Of a stretch of 64,000 nt of DNA, positions 35,162 through 49,384 are shown in pieces. The stretch is from the NCBI GenBank assembly GCA_032718475.1, contig JAUCBJ010006864.1, positions 1 through 64,000 on the forward strand, written 5' to 3'. The notes beneath the pieces are model-generated. The model was given only the letters and a program-made list of their open reading frames with translations, had not been told where the DNA came from and did not search any database. Position 1 is the stretch's first letter. Each line of letters starts with the position of its first letter. The stretch comes from Nemertoderma westbladi. Taxonomy: Eukaryota > Animalia > Xenacoelomorpha. A program made the translations under genes and the position numbers.

Positions 35162-36559
35162 TTGTGGAACGAACGGGGAACGGGGTGGAGAAACTTTTGA
35201 ACTTTGGTGAATGTTATTGTCTGGCGTCCTTGGCCTGACTAATTAATTATTGTACTAATTGAATTAGTTTCATTGGTTTGGACGCGATAATAATAAATAG
35301 CATTATACCGAATGTACGCTTTTTTTCAATTTGATTGAATATGAATATTAATATTCTGAGTAATTGGGTTCATGTCGTCACATAACCCCCCCCCCCCCCC
35401 CCCCTAAACTGTCGCTGTCACTAACCTAACCAAGGTCCAACATCCCCCCCCCCCCCCCCCCCCCCACATGTCTGTTAGCACCAAACACAAGCCCCAAACC
35501 GCGCCTGCCTATTACTTGTAGTAGGAGCGTGTTTTTAGTAACTGGAATTTATCAGAACAGTATAGAATTGAATTTGTTTTAATTATGAAAATAAGATCAT
35601 AAATGTCAAATCGTTTAAAACCGCTGTACAATGCAGCACGTGGTATCAATGGATTGTATGAGTGATGGTTTATTGGTTGCATCATGATATATACAGAGTG
35701 ACACCGTGGCTGCGGTAGGTTGTATTTTGGCTGCATTGCAGCCATTATGGTCTTTCTAAAAACATCCGCATTCTTTTAGCTGCAAAACGCCTGGTTACTA
35801 CAGTGATTGAAATTTAATTTTTTGTGTGAATTAATATCCCGATATAGGTATTTTTGTGAATTATATTGATATATTTTTGGTATAAATAATGGCTTATTCA
35901 CTGCCGCTTATTTTCACAAGTGCGATGTGCTGCATTAGGTAACTGTATTACTGTTATGAGAGAACTAAAATATGAATAATACTGGAGGAGGGGCCTACAG
36001 TAGATTTGTTGTGTATCCTTATTGTAAGTCCTAACTAAGATTCTCTATATCTGGGTTTTCTTGGCTCGGATTAACATTTCCGATGTTCATTATAATGATT
36101 GAGGGACTGTCATTATTTCTGTCCGTCAAAAAATATAATAATAATATAAGTAAACCGGCAACCTAATCTTGTTGCTTCTTGGGAATTTCCTCATCTATTT
36201 TCCGATTCCCGTTGTAACTTTTTTAAGAATATTAATTGTTTGCCTACTGTATGTCTAATGTCTATCGTTCTGCTTAACGGCACACCGTCAAACAACGTAA
36301 GATTTTATTATGGGGGTTTTTCTTGTAATGGTGATTCAATTTCGGTTCTAATGTTTAAGTACAGTTTAAGTACAGTACGGGAACCTTATAGAAATGCTGA
36401 TAACTTATCTAAACTCAGCTTACTATTGTATTTCACATCATATTATCCATTATGGCCTACTTCTATTACCTCCCATATCTGACAACATTGAAGATAAACT
36501 TAACTTTATTGTATAGGCCTACGAATAATTATTTACAGCACTATCTTGCTGTGCTTAGA

Positions 36560-38392
36560 TTTTCAATGAAGTGTCATTTTGCTGCAAATGTACTGTATGA
36601 GCCTTGTTTTATACTTTCAATGAAGTGTCATTTTGCTGCAAATGTACTGTATGAGCCTTGTTTGATACTTCCAATGAAGTGTCATTTTTCTGCAAATGTA
36701 TGTACTGTATGAGCCTTGTTTTATACTTTCAATGAAGTGTCATTTTGCTGCAAATGTACTGTATGAGCCTTGTTTTATACTTTCAATGAAGTGTCATTTT
36801 TCTGCAAATGTACTGTATGAGCCTTGTTTTATACTTTCAATGAAGTGTCATTTTTCTGCAAATGTACTGTATGAGCCTTGTTTTATACTTTCAATGAAGT
36901 GTCATTTTGCTGCAAATGTACTGTATGAGCCTTGTTTTATACTTTCAATGAAGTGTCATTTTGCTGCAAATGTACTGTATGAGCCTTGTTTTATACTTTC
37001 AATGAAGTGTCATTTTGCTGCAAATGTACTGTATGAGCCTTGTTTTATACTTTCAATGAAGTGTCATTTTTCTGCAAATGTACTGTATGAGCCTTGTTTT
37101 ATACTTTCAATGAAGTGTCATTTTGCTGCAAATGTACTGTATGAGCCTTGTTTTATACTTTCAATGAAGTGTCATTTTTCTGCAAATGTACTGTATGAGC
37201 CTTGTTTTATACTTTCAATGAAGTGTCATTTTTCTGCAAATGTACTGTATGAGCCTTGTTTTATACTTTCAATGAAGTGTCATTTTTCTGCAAATGTACT
37301 GTATGAGCCTTGTTTTATACTTTCAATGAAGTGTCATTTTGCTGCAAATGTACTGTATGAGCCTTGTTTTATACTTTCAATGAAGTGTCATTTTGCTGCA
37401 AATGTACTGTATGAGCCTTGTTTTATACTTTCAATGAAGTGTCATTTTTCTGCAAATGTACTGTATGAGCCTTGTTTTATACTTTCAATGAAGTGTCATT
37501 TTGCTGCAAATGTACTGTATGAGCCTTGTTTTATACTTTCAATGAAGTGTCATTTTGCTGCAAATGTACTGTATGAGCCTTGTTTTATACTTTTTTTGCT
37601 GCAAATGTACTGTATGAGCCTTGTTTTATACTTTCAATGAAGTGTCATTTTTCTGCAATTGTACTGTATGAGCCTTGTTTTATACTTTCAATGAAGTGTC
37701 ATTTTGCTGCAAATGTACTGTATGAGCCTTGTTTTATACTTTCAATGAAGTGTCATTTTTCTGCAAATGTACTGTATGAGCCTTGTTTTATACTTTCAAT
37801 GAAGTGTCATTTTTCTGCAAATGTACTGTATGAGCCTTGTTTTATACTTTCAATGAAGTGTCATTTTTCTGCAAATGTACTGTATGAGCCTTGTTTTATA
37901 CTTTCAATGAAGTGTCATTTTGCTGCAAATGTACTGTATGAGCCTTGTTTTATACTTTCAATGAAGTGTCATTTTGCTGCAAATGTACTGTATGAGCCTT
38001 GTTTTATACTTTCAATGAAGTGTCATTTTGCTGCAAATGTACTGTATGAGCCTTGTTTTATACTTTCAATGAAGTGTCATTTTGCTGCAAATGTACTGTA
38101 TGAGCCTTGTTTTATACTTTCAATGAAGTGTCATTTTGCTGCAAATGTACGGGTACTGTATGAGCCTTGTTTTATACTTTCAATGAAGTGTCATTTTGCT
38201 GCAAATGTACTGTATGAGCCTTGTTTTATACTTTCAATGAAGTGTCATTTTGCTGCAAATGTACTGTATGAGCCTTGTTTTATACTTTCAATGAAGTGTC
38301 ATTTTGCTGCAAATGTACTGTATGAGCCTTGTTTTATACTTTCAATGAAGTGTCATTTTGCTGCAAATGTACTGTATGAGCCTTGTTTTATA
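36560..38392. repeat. 54-bp satellite, ~34 highly similar copies
   Basis: Unit tttcaatgaagtgtcatttt(g/t)ctgcaaatgtactgtatgagccttgttttatac. Confidence 0.98.
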
Positions 38393-40473
38393 CTACAGTA
38401 TTAACATATACTCTAGCTGCAATTTTTAACATACGAGTTGGCCTATCCTCATCCTGAACATAAAATGCAATCATGGAATGCTGTTTAGAGAATATCTCTA
38501 TATACTGTTGCATTCCATGAGGAAAAATATGTGTAAAAAGGAAATCTTCGCGTTACAGGTGGTGTACATTGTACATCCGCAGTGAATGACTGCTAGGCAA
38601 GTGGCGCAGCGCGGCGAGTGTGTACAGGTGAACATTAACTACAGTACCGCAGTCGCACTGCAGTAACTACAATTAGGCCTAAACACTCTGACTGTACTGT
38701 TGGACTGACTGACTGTACTTATAGTGTTTTGCCATCATTGGATTACCCCTATAACGAATCAACAGAGACATGGTATTAAATTACTTTTAGGCTCGAAAAT
38801 GGGTCGAAATTATCGGATTTTATTAATTATAACATGTAAAGTGTGCCTTCAAATAATACCGATCTCACAATAAAACAATAATAGTTCACATATTCCCTCT
38901 CTATCCATTTTTAATTAGCACCAGCTGGTGTTTTTATCATTGCGCCTACATATGGTGGTTTTTCGTTTATGTTTATTTTCCGATCCCTGGTCGAAATATT
39001 GACACAAAGCATGCGATCTTAGAATCGCGGTATCCATCCACTGTGAAAATTTCATCGAAATCATTAGAGCGGCTTTGGCTTGAGATCAGTCGGTCTGAGG
39101 CTCCATTTCGCATGAGGACGATACATTTTTACAGTAAGTAGGCCTAAGACACTTTCAAAGGGGTTGGGTCAATCAATATGGCAAATACTGTGTATTTTGA
39201 TATGCTAATAACTTAGTCGGATTTACAGCTGTCGAGTTGAACATTAGTAGGCATCAATAAGACAAAAAGTTTACATTTTTAAGACTTTCAGGCACCATCA
39301 GTACCACAGTATCCCGATAGAGGGATACATATGTCTAAACATTAAATGTTCCCCCATTTCATTGCATTTAATTCGATCAAACTGAAACTGGGTAGATTTG
39401 TACTAGACAATTAGCTGTGTCTTTCACAGGAGGCTAAAGGCTACACCTACAGTTCGTCATGTATGTGGCAATAAAAAAAGGCTCTATCTCAAAGTTTTGA
39501 AAAAATTGATGACCTGCCTAATTACCATTGCGTCCATTCATTAAAGCCCATTGTACTGTAATTATGGCCTAAAGCGGTTAATCTTTTCGTGAATCGTTTA
39601 ACCATTTCCAATTAACCGGTTAAAAAGTAGAAATGCTTGTTTTAGGTTGAAAAATAAGTATGAATTAGGCCTACCTAGACCTACAACTACAACTACAACT
39701 GTATGGTGCAATGGTGCAACATACATACTACAGTACGGTACATACTGTAGTATGAAACTGAAAGTTATAATGCTGACAGTCCCCAAAGCTACAGTACCGG
39801 TATGTAGGCCTATATTTATTATGTAAGCTAAGCTAAGAGGTTTACGTCCCAACTTGCAATACTGTTAAGTACGTCTCTATTGCTCTATTGTGATTGAGCC
39901 ACCAGTACTATAATGTATGTAGGTCTATACTGTACTGTAGTCCTACAGCTGCATACAGTACAAAATGAATTTCTGAAACTTCACAATGGGTAATACTGTA
40001 CACATTAAAATGGTAACATACAGGTAATAAAACTGGTAACAGAACCTGAAAACCTCAAAATGGGACATTAATTTCTAATTAATTTCTAAGCAGTTAGTTT
40101 GAATTAACCGGTTAACCGCTTCATGCTCTATAACTGTACTACTCTGAACTAAGACGAATTGTTGGGATGTACAGTAATACTTTTATCGTCGTTACATTCC
40201 AGAATTTAGTCTAATTATAAACCCACTCCAGGAATTACTCAATTCTACCCAACCATCAAAACATGCCAAAAACCAATGAGTGGAGAACAATACACGACGA
40301 AGCATATAACAAGCTGAAAGAAGCTCTCACAAATGCTGTCACATTGCACTATCCTTCTCTGGATGATTGTAACCTTTCCCTGTCCCTCACATCGGATGCA
40401 TCGGAAGTCGCAATTGGCGCCGCCCTACATGAGGTGGCCGGTGCCGATAAGTCTATTCCATTAGCATTCTATT

Positions 40474-42921
40474 TATTTATTTTATTTATTTATTCCTTTA
40501 TTTCAAACCAAACAAGGTTCATAGTAAAAACAATACACCGATCAGACAATATAGTTTACACGATACAGTACTAAATTATGAAAATGAATATTTAATAGCA
40601 CAATATTTAGATATTAATCGTAAAGTAGGGACAGGTCATTCATGGCCCTAATTCTAGATTCTGTGCAACATGTGCGAATCACATTAATAATGCTATTGGT
40701 ACTGGTATCCAAGCGCCGTGATAGGCTCTCAATAGCATTGGCTCTAATATGTACAAAGGATGGTAATCCAAGTAAGCTGCAGGTTAGCGACATACTTGTG
40801 GGAGTTGTGTCGTTAGCCATTCTCGGAATTTTAAAAAGCATTCGAATGCTACTATTATATGCAGTGCGCAATTTGTTGTGGACAGACATAGAATAGTTCG
40901 CTCTAGCCCACAGCGCGTTGCCATAAACATTAGTACAATAGGAACGAAAAAGACGTATTTTTACATTCCTAGCACAATTACCAAAATTCCTAACCAAGTA
41001 GTTTGCTCTTGCATACAACGCACAAGTCTGGCGCTTTACATCATAATCATCGTCAGTAGACGAGTGGATTACGTGGCCAAGAAATACAATTTTATCTACA
41101 ATATCAATAGGAGTGCCTAATAAGTACACATTACCAAATATAGACTTGCTACAGCATTTCGGGATAAAATATATACATTTTGTCTTTTTTAAATTAAACT
41201 TAATTGAGAATAGGTCAGCATAATCCATACATATATTTAGTAGTTGTTGTAAACCAAACATAGTATTGGATAGCAGTGACAAATCGTCCGCATATCCTAC
41301 GTGATTGATCCTTCTACCGTTAATAGAGCAACCAAAATTGCACCGATTTAAAGCTGCACTTAAATCATCCATATATACGTTAAATAAATATGGGCTCAGG
41401 ATCCCCCCTTGTTTTGTACCATTGGTGACATGAAATTTACTCGAACTAAATTTACCCCACGAAACAAACAGTAATTGGTTACGATACCAAAAGCATATTA
41501 TTCTAACAAAAATAACCGGTACACCCCTAGTAATTAATTTAGAAAATAGTAAATAATGATTACATCGATCAAATGCCTTGCTGGCATCCAACATACAAGT
41601 AAATACCGGGCTATTATTTTGTAAATAAAAATTTACTGTCTCCTTAAAAGCGAGGATACACAGTTCAGTGCCCGATTTCGGTTTGAAACCAAACTGATTG
41701 TCTGTAGTATCTAAGTATCTACTTACATTAGAAAGTATCAGCCTCTCAAATAGTTTGGAGAATACAGTTGAGATTGCAATACCTCTATAATTATCACTCG
41801 AGGTGATATCACCTGTCTTGTCCTTAATTAAAGGAAGTATCTTAGACTCAATAAGGCCCGGTGGTATATAGTCATGGCACAACATTGAATTAAATAAACA
41901 AGATAGAATGCTACACAATAACTCTGTACAGCCGTATTTAAGATGTTCCGAAGATATATCATCTGTACCTATTGCTTTACCAACGGCCAATTGGCTAATA
42001 GAGTTAAAAATATCCTCTTTACAAAATGTATAATCATTAACGGAGGGAATACTTTCAAATTGACTCTCAACAAAAACTCGGCTAGTGTCAGGAAGGTCAC
42101 AGTTATATAACTTGAAAAAATGATCCTTCCAGAGGTTTCCTATTTGCTCTTCGCCTACGGCTTCCCCGACCTTGTTAGGGAGAGGGCTCTGGTTGGTCGA
42201 TACTTTATGTACCTGAGACCAAAACTTAGTGCTACCAGCAGTGGAGTCTAACATCGCGTCAGCCAGTTTGCCATCACGTATCTCCCGTTCGCGACGCTTA
42301 ACCTGTCGTAAGACACGCTTAAACCGCGCTTTTGATGTTAGGTACTGCTGGTAGGCGGCACCTTGTCTAGGCGAGCCCTGGGATCGCCATAAACGAAAAG
42401 ATAGGTGAGCCTCATTATGGAAAGAATCAACATAGTCATTCCATCCAGGTATCTGTTTATCTGCAGATCCCGTTGCACCTTTATGTATCACAGTTGGTAT
42501 AGTCCTATCAGCAGCTACTTTAAGCGCCTCGCAAACTGCGATATATAATTTTTCAATTGCACCACTATGACATTCATTTGCACATTTGGTATTATTGCAA
42601 CGATTTAATATATCAATTAGTTCATCTACGTTATTATTTATTAATAAATTATCTATTAATCTGTGATAATAAGTAATATTGTCAGGGGAGGCTTTACTCC
42701 AATTCAAACTCGATTTGGTTGTACCACTATTTGTACTGCTGCTATTAGCACCTATTGAAATATTAATATGAATATTAAAACGTATGGGCTTGTGGTCAAG
42801 TAATACAGCACTATAGTCTATAAAAAAGTTATTTACAGCACCTGTAAGGCCGGCCGTACAAACAACGTGGTCTAACCACGAAGTCGTACCATGAGCACCA
42901 CTAACGAAAGTATACGAGTTA
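40474..42921 (-). mobile_element. 5'-truncated APE-RT LINE in Gypsy RNase H (ORF 40614-42707 open)
   Basis: WLDH/LDH endonuclease end, NYRGIA, LDASKAFD, QGGILSP, YADD; (taaa)n tail; tctatt duplicated at 40468-40473 and 42922-42927. Confidence 0.92.
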
Positions 42922-43512
42922 TCTATTCACGGAAACTCACTAAGAATGAATCAACATGGTCTACATACGATAGGGAACTCCTTGCAGCTTTATGAAGCAA
43001 CCATAAATCTCCAGAACGCCTTGGAAGGAAAACATGTGACATTATATACCGACCATAAACCCCTCGTTTCAGCATTTTACAAACAAACCACTGTTTCACC
43101 ACGACAACAGCGACAGCTTTCATTCCTCTCAGAATTTTTCGACTGTGTCTTATACATTCCTGGGAAATCCAACATTGTTGCTGATACTCTATCCCGGCAA
43201 GCCTCGTCGACCCATGTGGACATTTTTGGTTTAGATGAGATTGCAGTCACTCAAGCTGAGCAGACAGATCCTCTAGATGAAGCTACCTCATTCCAGATAA
43301 AAAAAATTCCCCAGGACCTCTGGCCTTGACCTAACTTGTTGTAAAGGCTTTTGCGGGATTAGCTAGTCATTTTTTCCCCGCAAAGTACTCTGTAGATGTT
43401 TTGAAGGACATAAAAGTCGTTTCCTTACTGTACCGGTATTTTAGTGGACATAAAAAGCTATTTTTCTGTATGTGTACTTTGGCGGACACAACTAGCAATC
43501 CTATGTCGCAAT

Positions 43513-46135
43513 TAGGGTTCAACAGAAGGCACTTTATGGGGCCGAACCGAACCGAACCGAAGCAGGGACAACTTCGGGCCGAACCGAACCGAATCCGAAC
43601 CGAAGTTCAGAAAGTTAGCAAATTGTGGTCATAAATTCGTATTTACGACACTATACTGGCAGTGGCAGTGGCAGACTGTTACCTATTTGGTCTGCTGACT
43701 TAGCGAGAAAGCTATGATTAATTAAAAAAATAAATACTACAAAATAAAATGGCAATATTTACATTACTATACATTACTAACCTAAACTACTGTATACTTA
43801 CTGTATGCATGCACTTACTTATTTTTTTTTTTCATTTCATTTTTATTCCAGACATTGAATTATACAATATATTATTACATTATTTTAGTAAAACATTATA
43901 TAATACCCGTCCATATCATTTATAAAATTGAGCACAATTATTGAATTATTAAATACATACTGCTACCTACACTACGGAAAAATAATTTACCAGAGCCTAA
44001 TATTTAAACATATTGGTGGGACCGTATTATTGACACACTTCGAAAATTCTAGACACCATATGGCAATTATTACTTATTGACTTCAATACATTATTATCAG
44101 TTTTTTTCCAACCGATGGAGCAGACTAGTGTTAGCTTTATAGATATTATCACTGAACAGTGGTAGTTTTAACTGATGTAGTGAGAGCGAAATACTTGTCG
44201 TCTCGCCGTTTGTCATTCTTGGAATCTTAAATAACTGCCTAGCAGCGTTATTGTATGCTACGGAAATCTTATTATATATGCTATTTGAATAGTTGCGGCG
44301 AGACCACAAAGCACAGCAATAAACCTGAGTACAATATGCACGAAATAAACAAAGCTTTATAGCTGTCGAGCAGCTACCGAATTTACGCACAATAATGTTT
44401 GCACGAGCATAAAGAGAACCCATCTGGGCCTTTATATCTTGTGTATCATCAGTACTACTGCACAAAATATGTCCTAAATATGATAATTTATCAACAATAT
44501 CGATTTCTTTACCGTATAACAACACTTTTGCAACTGATGTATTTTTAAAGCACTTTGGAATAAAATATAAACACTTTGTTTTCTTTGTATTGAATAAAAT
44601 CGAATTTTGATTAGCATGTGATACGGCCTTATTAATTAATATTTGTAATCCTACAATAGAGTTTGACATTAAACATAAATCATCGGCATACAGTATATTA
44701 TTAATTCTAGAATTACCAATCATACACCCGACACCTGTGTCTGAAAGGTCGGTGCTCAGATCATCAAAATATACGATAAACAAAATCGGTGAAAATAAAA
44801 CGAAAAACTTACTGTATGCACCACATTTTCACCCGTAGTAAGCCGTACAGTAGTAAAATCAAATTTAGAAAACCTCACTAAAAGTACAGGTACAGTCGGA
44901 CAGTGGTGCAGACAGTGGTGCAGACACTGGTGCAGACACTGGTGCAGACAGTGGTGCAGACAGTGGTGCAGACAGTGGTGCAGACACTGGTGCAGACAGT
45001 AGTGCAGACACTGGTGCAGACACTGGTGCAGACACCTGGTGAAAATACTGAAATACCAGAGTACCACAAAACACAATACCACCAGGCACTATTATATTAT
45101 ATTTTATCATAGACTTTATTATCTACAAATATGCGAGTAACTACTGAAAGGTTCTACATGAAGTAGGGAGGACGTATGTAGTACAAGTCGGGGTGCGTGC
45201 GGGTGAATGTGCCCTGATTACAAATAATTAAAAGAGGTGTGTACGAAAGTAATTAATCGGTATTCCCGTATTCATATAAACAATAATGTCTATAAATTGT
45301 AAGCAGCAATGTCTCCAAGGAATGAGTTTTAAGCGACAGTGTTTGATTGTTTTTACATGACCTACTTTATACAGAGTATGTTTAATTTGTTTACCTTTAC
45401 GGGAGCCACTGCTTATTACTGTATAATAAAACGAGCTCATTAAGTTATTTTCTCGTGCTGGGCAGCTGGGGATATACATTCACTAACTCCAGTAAGGTCT
45501 CAGGAATTCTTAGCCCGCGAGTATTCTTGGCTTGCGAGTATTCTTGGGTATACTTAGCCCGCAAAACAATAACGTTTATTGTTTTGGTTCCCCCAATACT
45601 CCTCTGAAACTGTGAAACCTGCTCCTTTACTAAACTGCTCCTTTACTAACCTGCTCCTTTACTAAACTGCTCCTTTACTAACCTGCTCGCCCCTTTACTG
45701 TCTGTACCAGTCTGCCAGTGTCTGCACCACTGTCTGCAGCAGTCAGCAGTGTCTGCACCAGTGTTGCACCCTGTCTGCACCACTGTCTGCACCACTGTCT
45801 GCACCAATGTCTGCACCACTGTCTGCACCAGTGCGTGCACCACTGTCTGCACCATAGGTGTCTGCATCACTGTCTGCACCATTGTCTGCACCACTGTCTG
45901 CTCTGCACCAGTGTCTGCTTAACGTTTACACTCCAAAATTAATTAGTACAACGATGGACAGATTGATTAGTCTTACTGTCTTCTGGTCTTAGCTCAATCA
46001 GTCAATGTAATACTTGGAATATTTAGCAAAGTTTGCTCCGGGCTTCTGCAGTATCAATTGCAGAAGCCGAACCGAACCAAAATTGCCAAACTTCGGCCCG
46101 AACCGAACCGAAGCCGAAGCTTCTGTTGAGCCCTA
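43513..46135. mobile_element. hAT-type non-autonomous element in the 5' LTR
   Basis: TIR tagggttcaacagaag / cttctgttgagcccta, 8-bp TSD gtcgcaat, ccgaa subterminal repeats, internal inverted 12-bp arrays (44898-45040, 45716-45915). Confidence 0.92.
43810..44806 (-). mobile_element. 5'-truncated LINE (RT C-terminus, ORF 44097-44783) inside the hAT element
   Basis: YADD, LYARAN, LFRAYC..Y..ALW, similar to the 40614-42707 ORF; A-rich tail; 14-bp duplication acttactgtatgca (43796-43809, 44807-44820). Confidence 0.85.
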
Positions 46136-49100
46136 GTCGCAATATGCCATAATACTCTCTACACAGAGTAGTTCAGATTACGACATCTATCAGCTGATTT
46201 GGTGTACTCGTGGAAGTTTCTTTGTTCAGGCCCACTCTGTGCAATCACTCAACCAATCAGAGCGATTCTCTTGCTTTTTGTACAGAAACCTCCGAGAAAT
46301 CGCGCAATGCATTACGGTTTATGTTTACCTTTTTTCCTGACGCCACGAACATCGGCTGTGGAATAATTCTGTGTTTCAGACTTTAGCCAAACATTAGAAC
46401 GGCTTGATTACAGGAACATATAACTGTTACCAGTACGGTACCGGTACCTTACGGTACCACCGTGCACTCAATGCATTATGGCCTTTCACCGCATTATTTT
46501 ACTGCTATTTACTGTCGGTTATTAATTGTATCAGTTGATGGAATATTATTGTTTTTTGGATAATATCGAGAAAGAATCATAAAAACCCCATCTTCTTGAT
46601 ATACTGAAGGTAAGAGACAGGTTACATATAGCAATTGCGACTCATATTATATTGGTTTTGGAGTGAATCTAATGCTATTTCATAAGCACTACATGGGTCA
46701 ATTGCTGTTCTCTTTATATGTGACTAAAATTAGTAAAGGTCGGCAGATTGGTGTGCAGTATTGTGCGATAGAGTGCATGGTTTGCCTGGTAACTAAGCAT
46801 CTCCTAAAGAATGCGCCTTATACGTGAATCATAAGCCATACCGTTGTGTTTAGTATAAGTCATAACTCTGTTTACATAATTAGAGCGCAACGTCCTAAAG
46901 GAACTGTTAATATTTCCCAAAAGTGAATAATATTTGTCAGAGATTATATATTAACGATCAATCGAATAATACAGTAGGCTTACAACGCAATAAGGTCAAG
47001 TCTTCCGAATCCAGTCTCCCGGGTATATCCAACGGGTGAATGGTCGCGCACTAGGCTGGCTTCGGCTAATGTAGTGTTTATTTGTATCAAATACTTGTCA
47101 TAGGCTAAAGTCGATTTATAATCTAAAAGACATATAAATTTGGCAGGTTAAACTGCTAAAGGTCTTAAAAGCGCGAACAGTAACAGTTATTGCTTCTTTA
47201 TTGCGGCGTAAGCAATAAAGCTGAAGTACCGGTCGACCGGTAACCTGTAGGCCTAACTACCTAACCACCGGAACCGGTACTTACAACAGTACCGTACATC
47301 AGTATTATTTCGATTGTGATATATTGTATATTGTAGGCTGTTAGGGGATTAGGGATTGATCACCCCTTACTCCTTTGTATGGTTTACTTATTTCTGTCAG
47401 TTTTATTTACGTGTAAGTTAATATTGAGCAGAAGACGTGTAAGCCTGCTCAGATTGTACAGATAATTTGTAGGCTGGACTGTTGTCTGACTGTTGTTAGG
47501 TCTGAAGACATTGCGGTGTGTGTAGAGTGTATGTCCGATAAAGTGCCGGTTAGGAATGTAGGGGCTTCCAGTGCTGTGAGGTAAACCCCCTCGAAAGAAT
47601 AAGTCGTACTACTCGGTTAGAACGCATACTAACTAACCATTTCGGAGTCTGCATATACTGTAGTTTATTTAGGCCTGATAGTAGTCTGCCAGCGTTTGGT
47701 TTGTATTTTGTTTGTGTAGTCTGTACAGGTAGTGTAATATTTCTTATTTAGATAATTTGTAGGCTGGATTGTTGTCTGGCTGTTGTTAGGTCTGAAGAGA
47801 TTGTGGTGTGTGTAGAGTGTATGTCCGATAAAGTGCCGGTTAGGAAAGTAGGGGCTTCCAGTGCTGTGAGGTAAACCCCCTCGAAAGAATAAGTCGTACT
47901 ACTCGGTTAGAACGCATACTAACTAACCATTTCGGAGTCTGCATATACCGTAGTTTGTTTAGGCTTGATAGTAGTCTGTCAGTATTTGATCTGCATTTTG
48001 TTTGAGTAGTCTGTACGCGTAGCGTAATATTTATTAATCAGAGTTTATGCGATTATTCGCAACATTCATATCCCCAAGTTTATTCCTACAGTAATTCAGT
48101 AATTGTGCTTGTTATATATACCGTTATAGTTAAATTAACACCGGTACTACATCAGGGCTGCTTGGCGTAGGTAAAGACTGGAGATTTTGTGCTTTGGTCA
48201 CTCCAGCAGATACCGTGGTTCTTTTAGCTGTTCAAGTATTTTTAACTACTGATTATTTGTTGTATAAGTACTAGTACCTAATTTAGGGTTTAGTGTACAG
48301 TGCTTTCCGAAGGTGATTAGTGTGTAGGCAGTATATTTGTGTTGTAAAGTGGTTAATAGGCACGTTGGTTCTGGTAGACCGCGGTAATTAAATTCTAGGT
48401 AGGAACACTCCGTGATACATAACGTAGTACTTATAGCGATACGGCTATAAGTCGTCAGACGGTGGTATTTTCCTATCTGGACAACGCAGTATATTTACTA
48501 CCGCTTAGTTATTTTCAAATACCATAGTACCCTGTCCGTTGTAATAACCAGATATTCTAACCCTTTGTTAGGCTGGTTTGTAGACTCCCTGTAAAATTAC
48601 CCTAAAAATTCGTACTTATAATTTTTTGTGTTTATTTAGAGATTGTAATCTCACACCGAATTGTACGTAATTTGTAGTATTAAGTAACTTAGGTAAATTA
48701 TAATTATTTGTTTTAGTGTCCAACAAGTAGCACTTCACTGAGAGCGCACAGCTTCTGTGTAGTGACTTCCCCCAGAAATAATAACATTTATTTCAAATAT
48801 TGACAAAACCCATTAAACGGGTATATATATATATTATAAATCAACTCAAACGATTTATAAATAGTAGGCCTGCCATACAATAATTAGGTCTCAATATCAG
48901 TTGGACTACTGCTCAAATAACGGTAATAAAGTAAGTAAAGTAACCAAGTAACCCCTAAAATATTCAGAAATCCAATTATTTAAAATAATTGACATACCGG
49001 TATTTACAATAGGCTTATTATATTTATTTCTATAAAATTAGGCTGAAATTATACCGGTATTCTGTAATTAATTCTAGTCCATAATTATACTTATATACTA

Positions 49101-49384
49101 TAAGTGTAAGCTGTATATACCGGTATTCGCGATAGGCCTATTATATATTTATATATATTTGTGCTGGAATTACATACCGGTATTCTGTGACAAACCTAGT
49201 TTGTAATAATACTTATATATACTATATGTGTATACCGGTATTCTAATATATTGTATAGGCCTATATATCACGTTACACTGAGTAACGGTATCGGTAATTA
49301 ATCGCTAGGCTTGCAGTCATACTGAATCACTAGACTTGCTTTAACTGTAATTATAGCAGTAGGCATTCAACTGTACAAATAAAC

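Noticed and set aside
36696-38404. 314-aa and 274-aa ORFs of MKCHFAANVLYEPCFILS repeats
   Set aside because: By-product of a stop-free 54-bp unit; the frame is broken by indels and there is no unique domain.
47570-47600. Hammerhead-like ctgtga...cgaaa (and minus-strand ctgacga plus stem at 48430-48460)
   Set aside because: The first lacks a core nucleotide; the second lacks GAAA.
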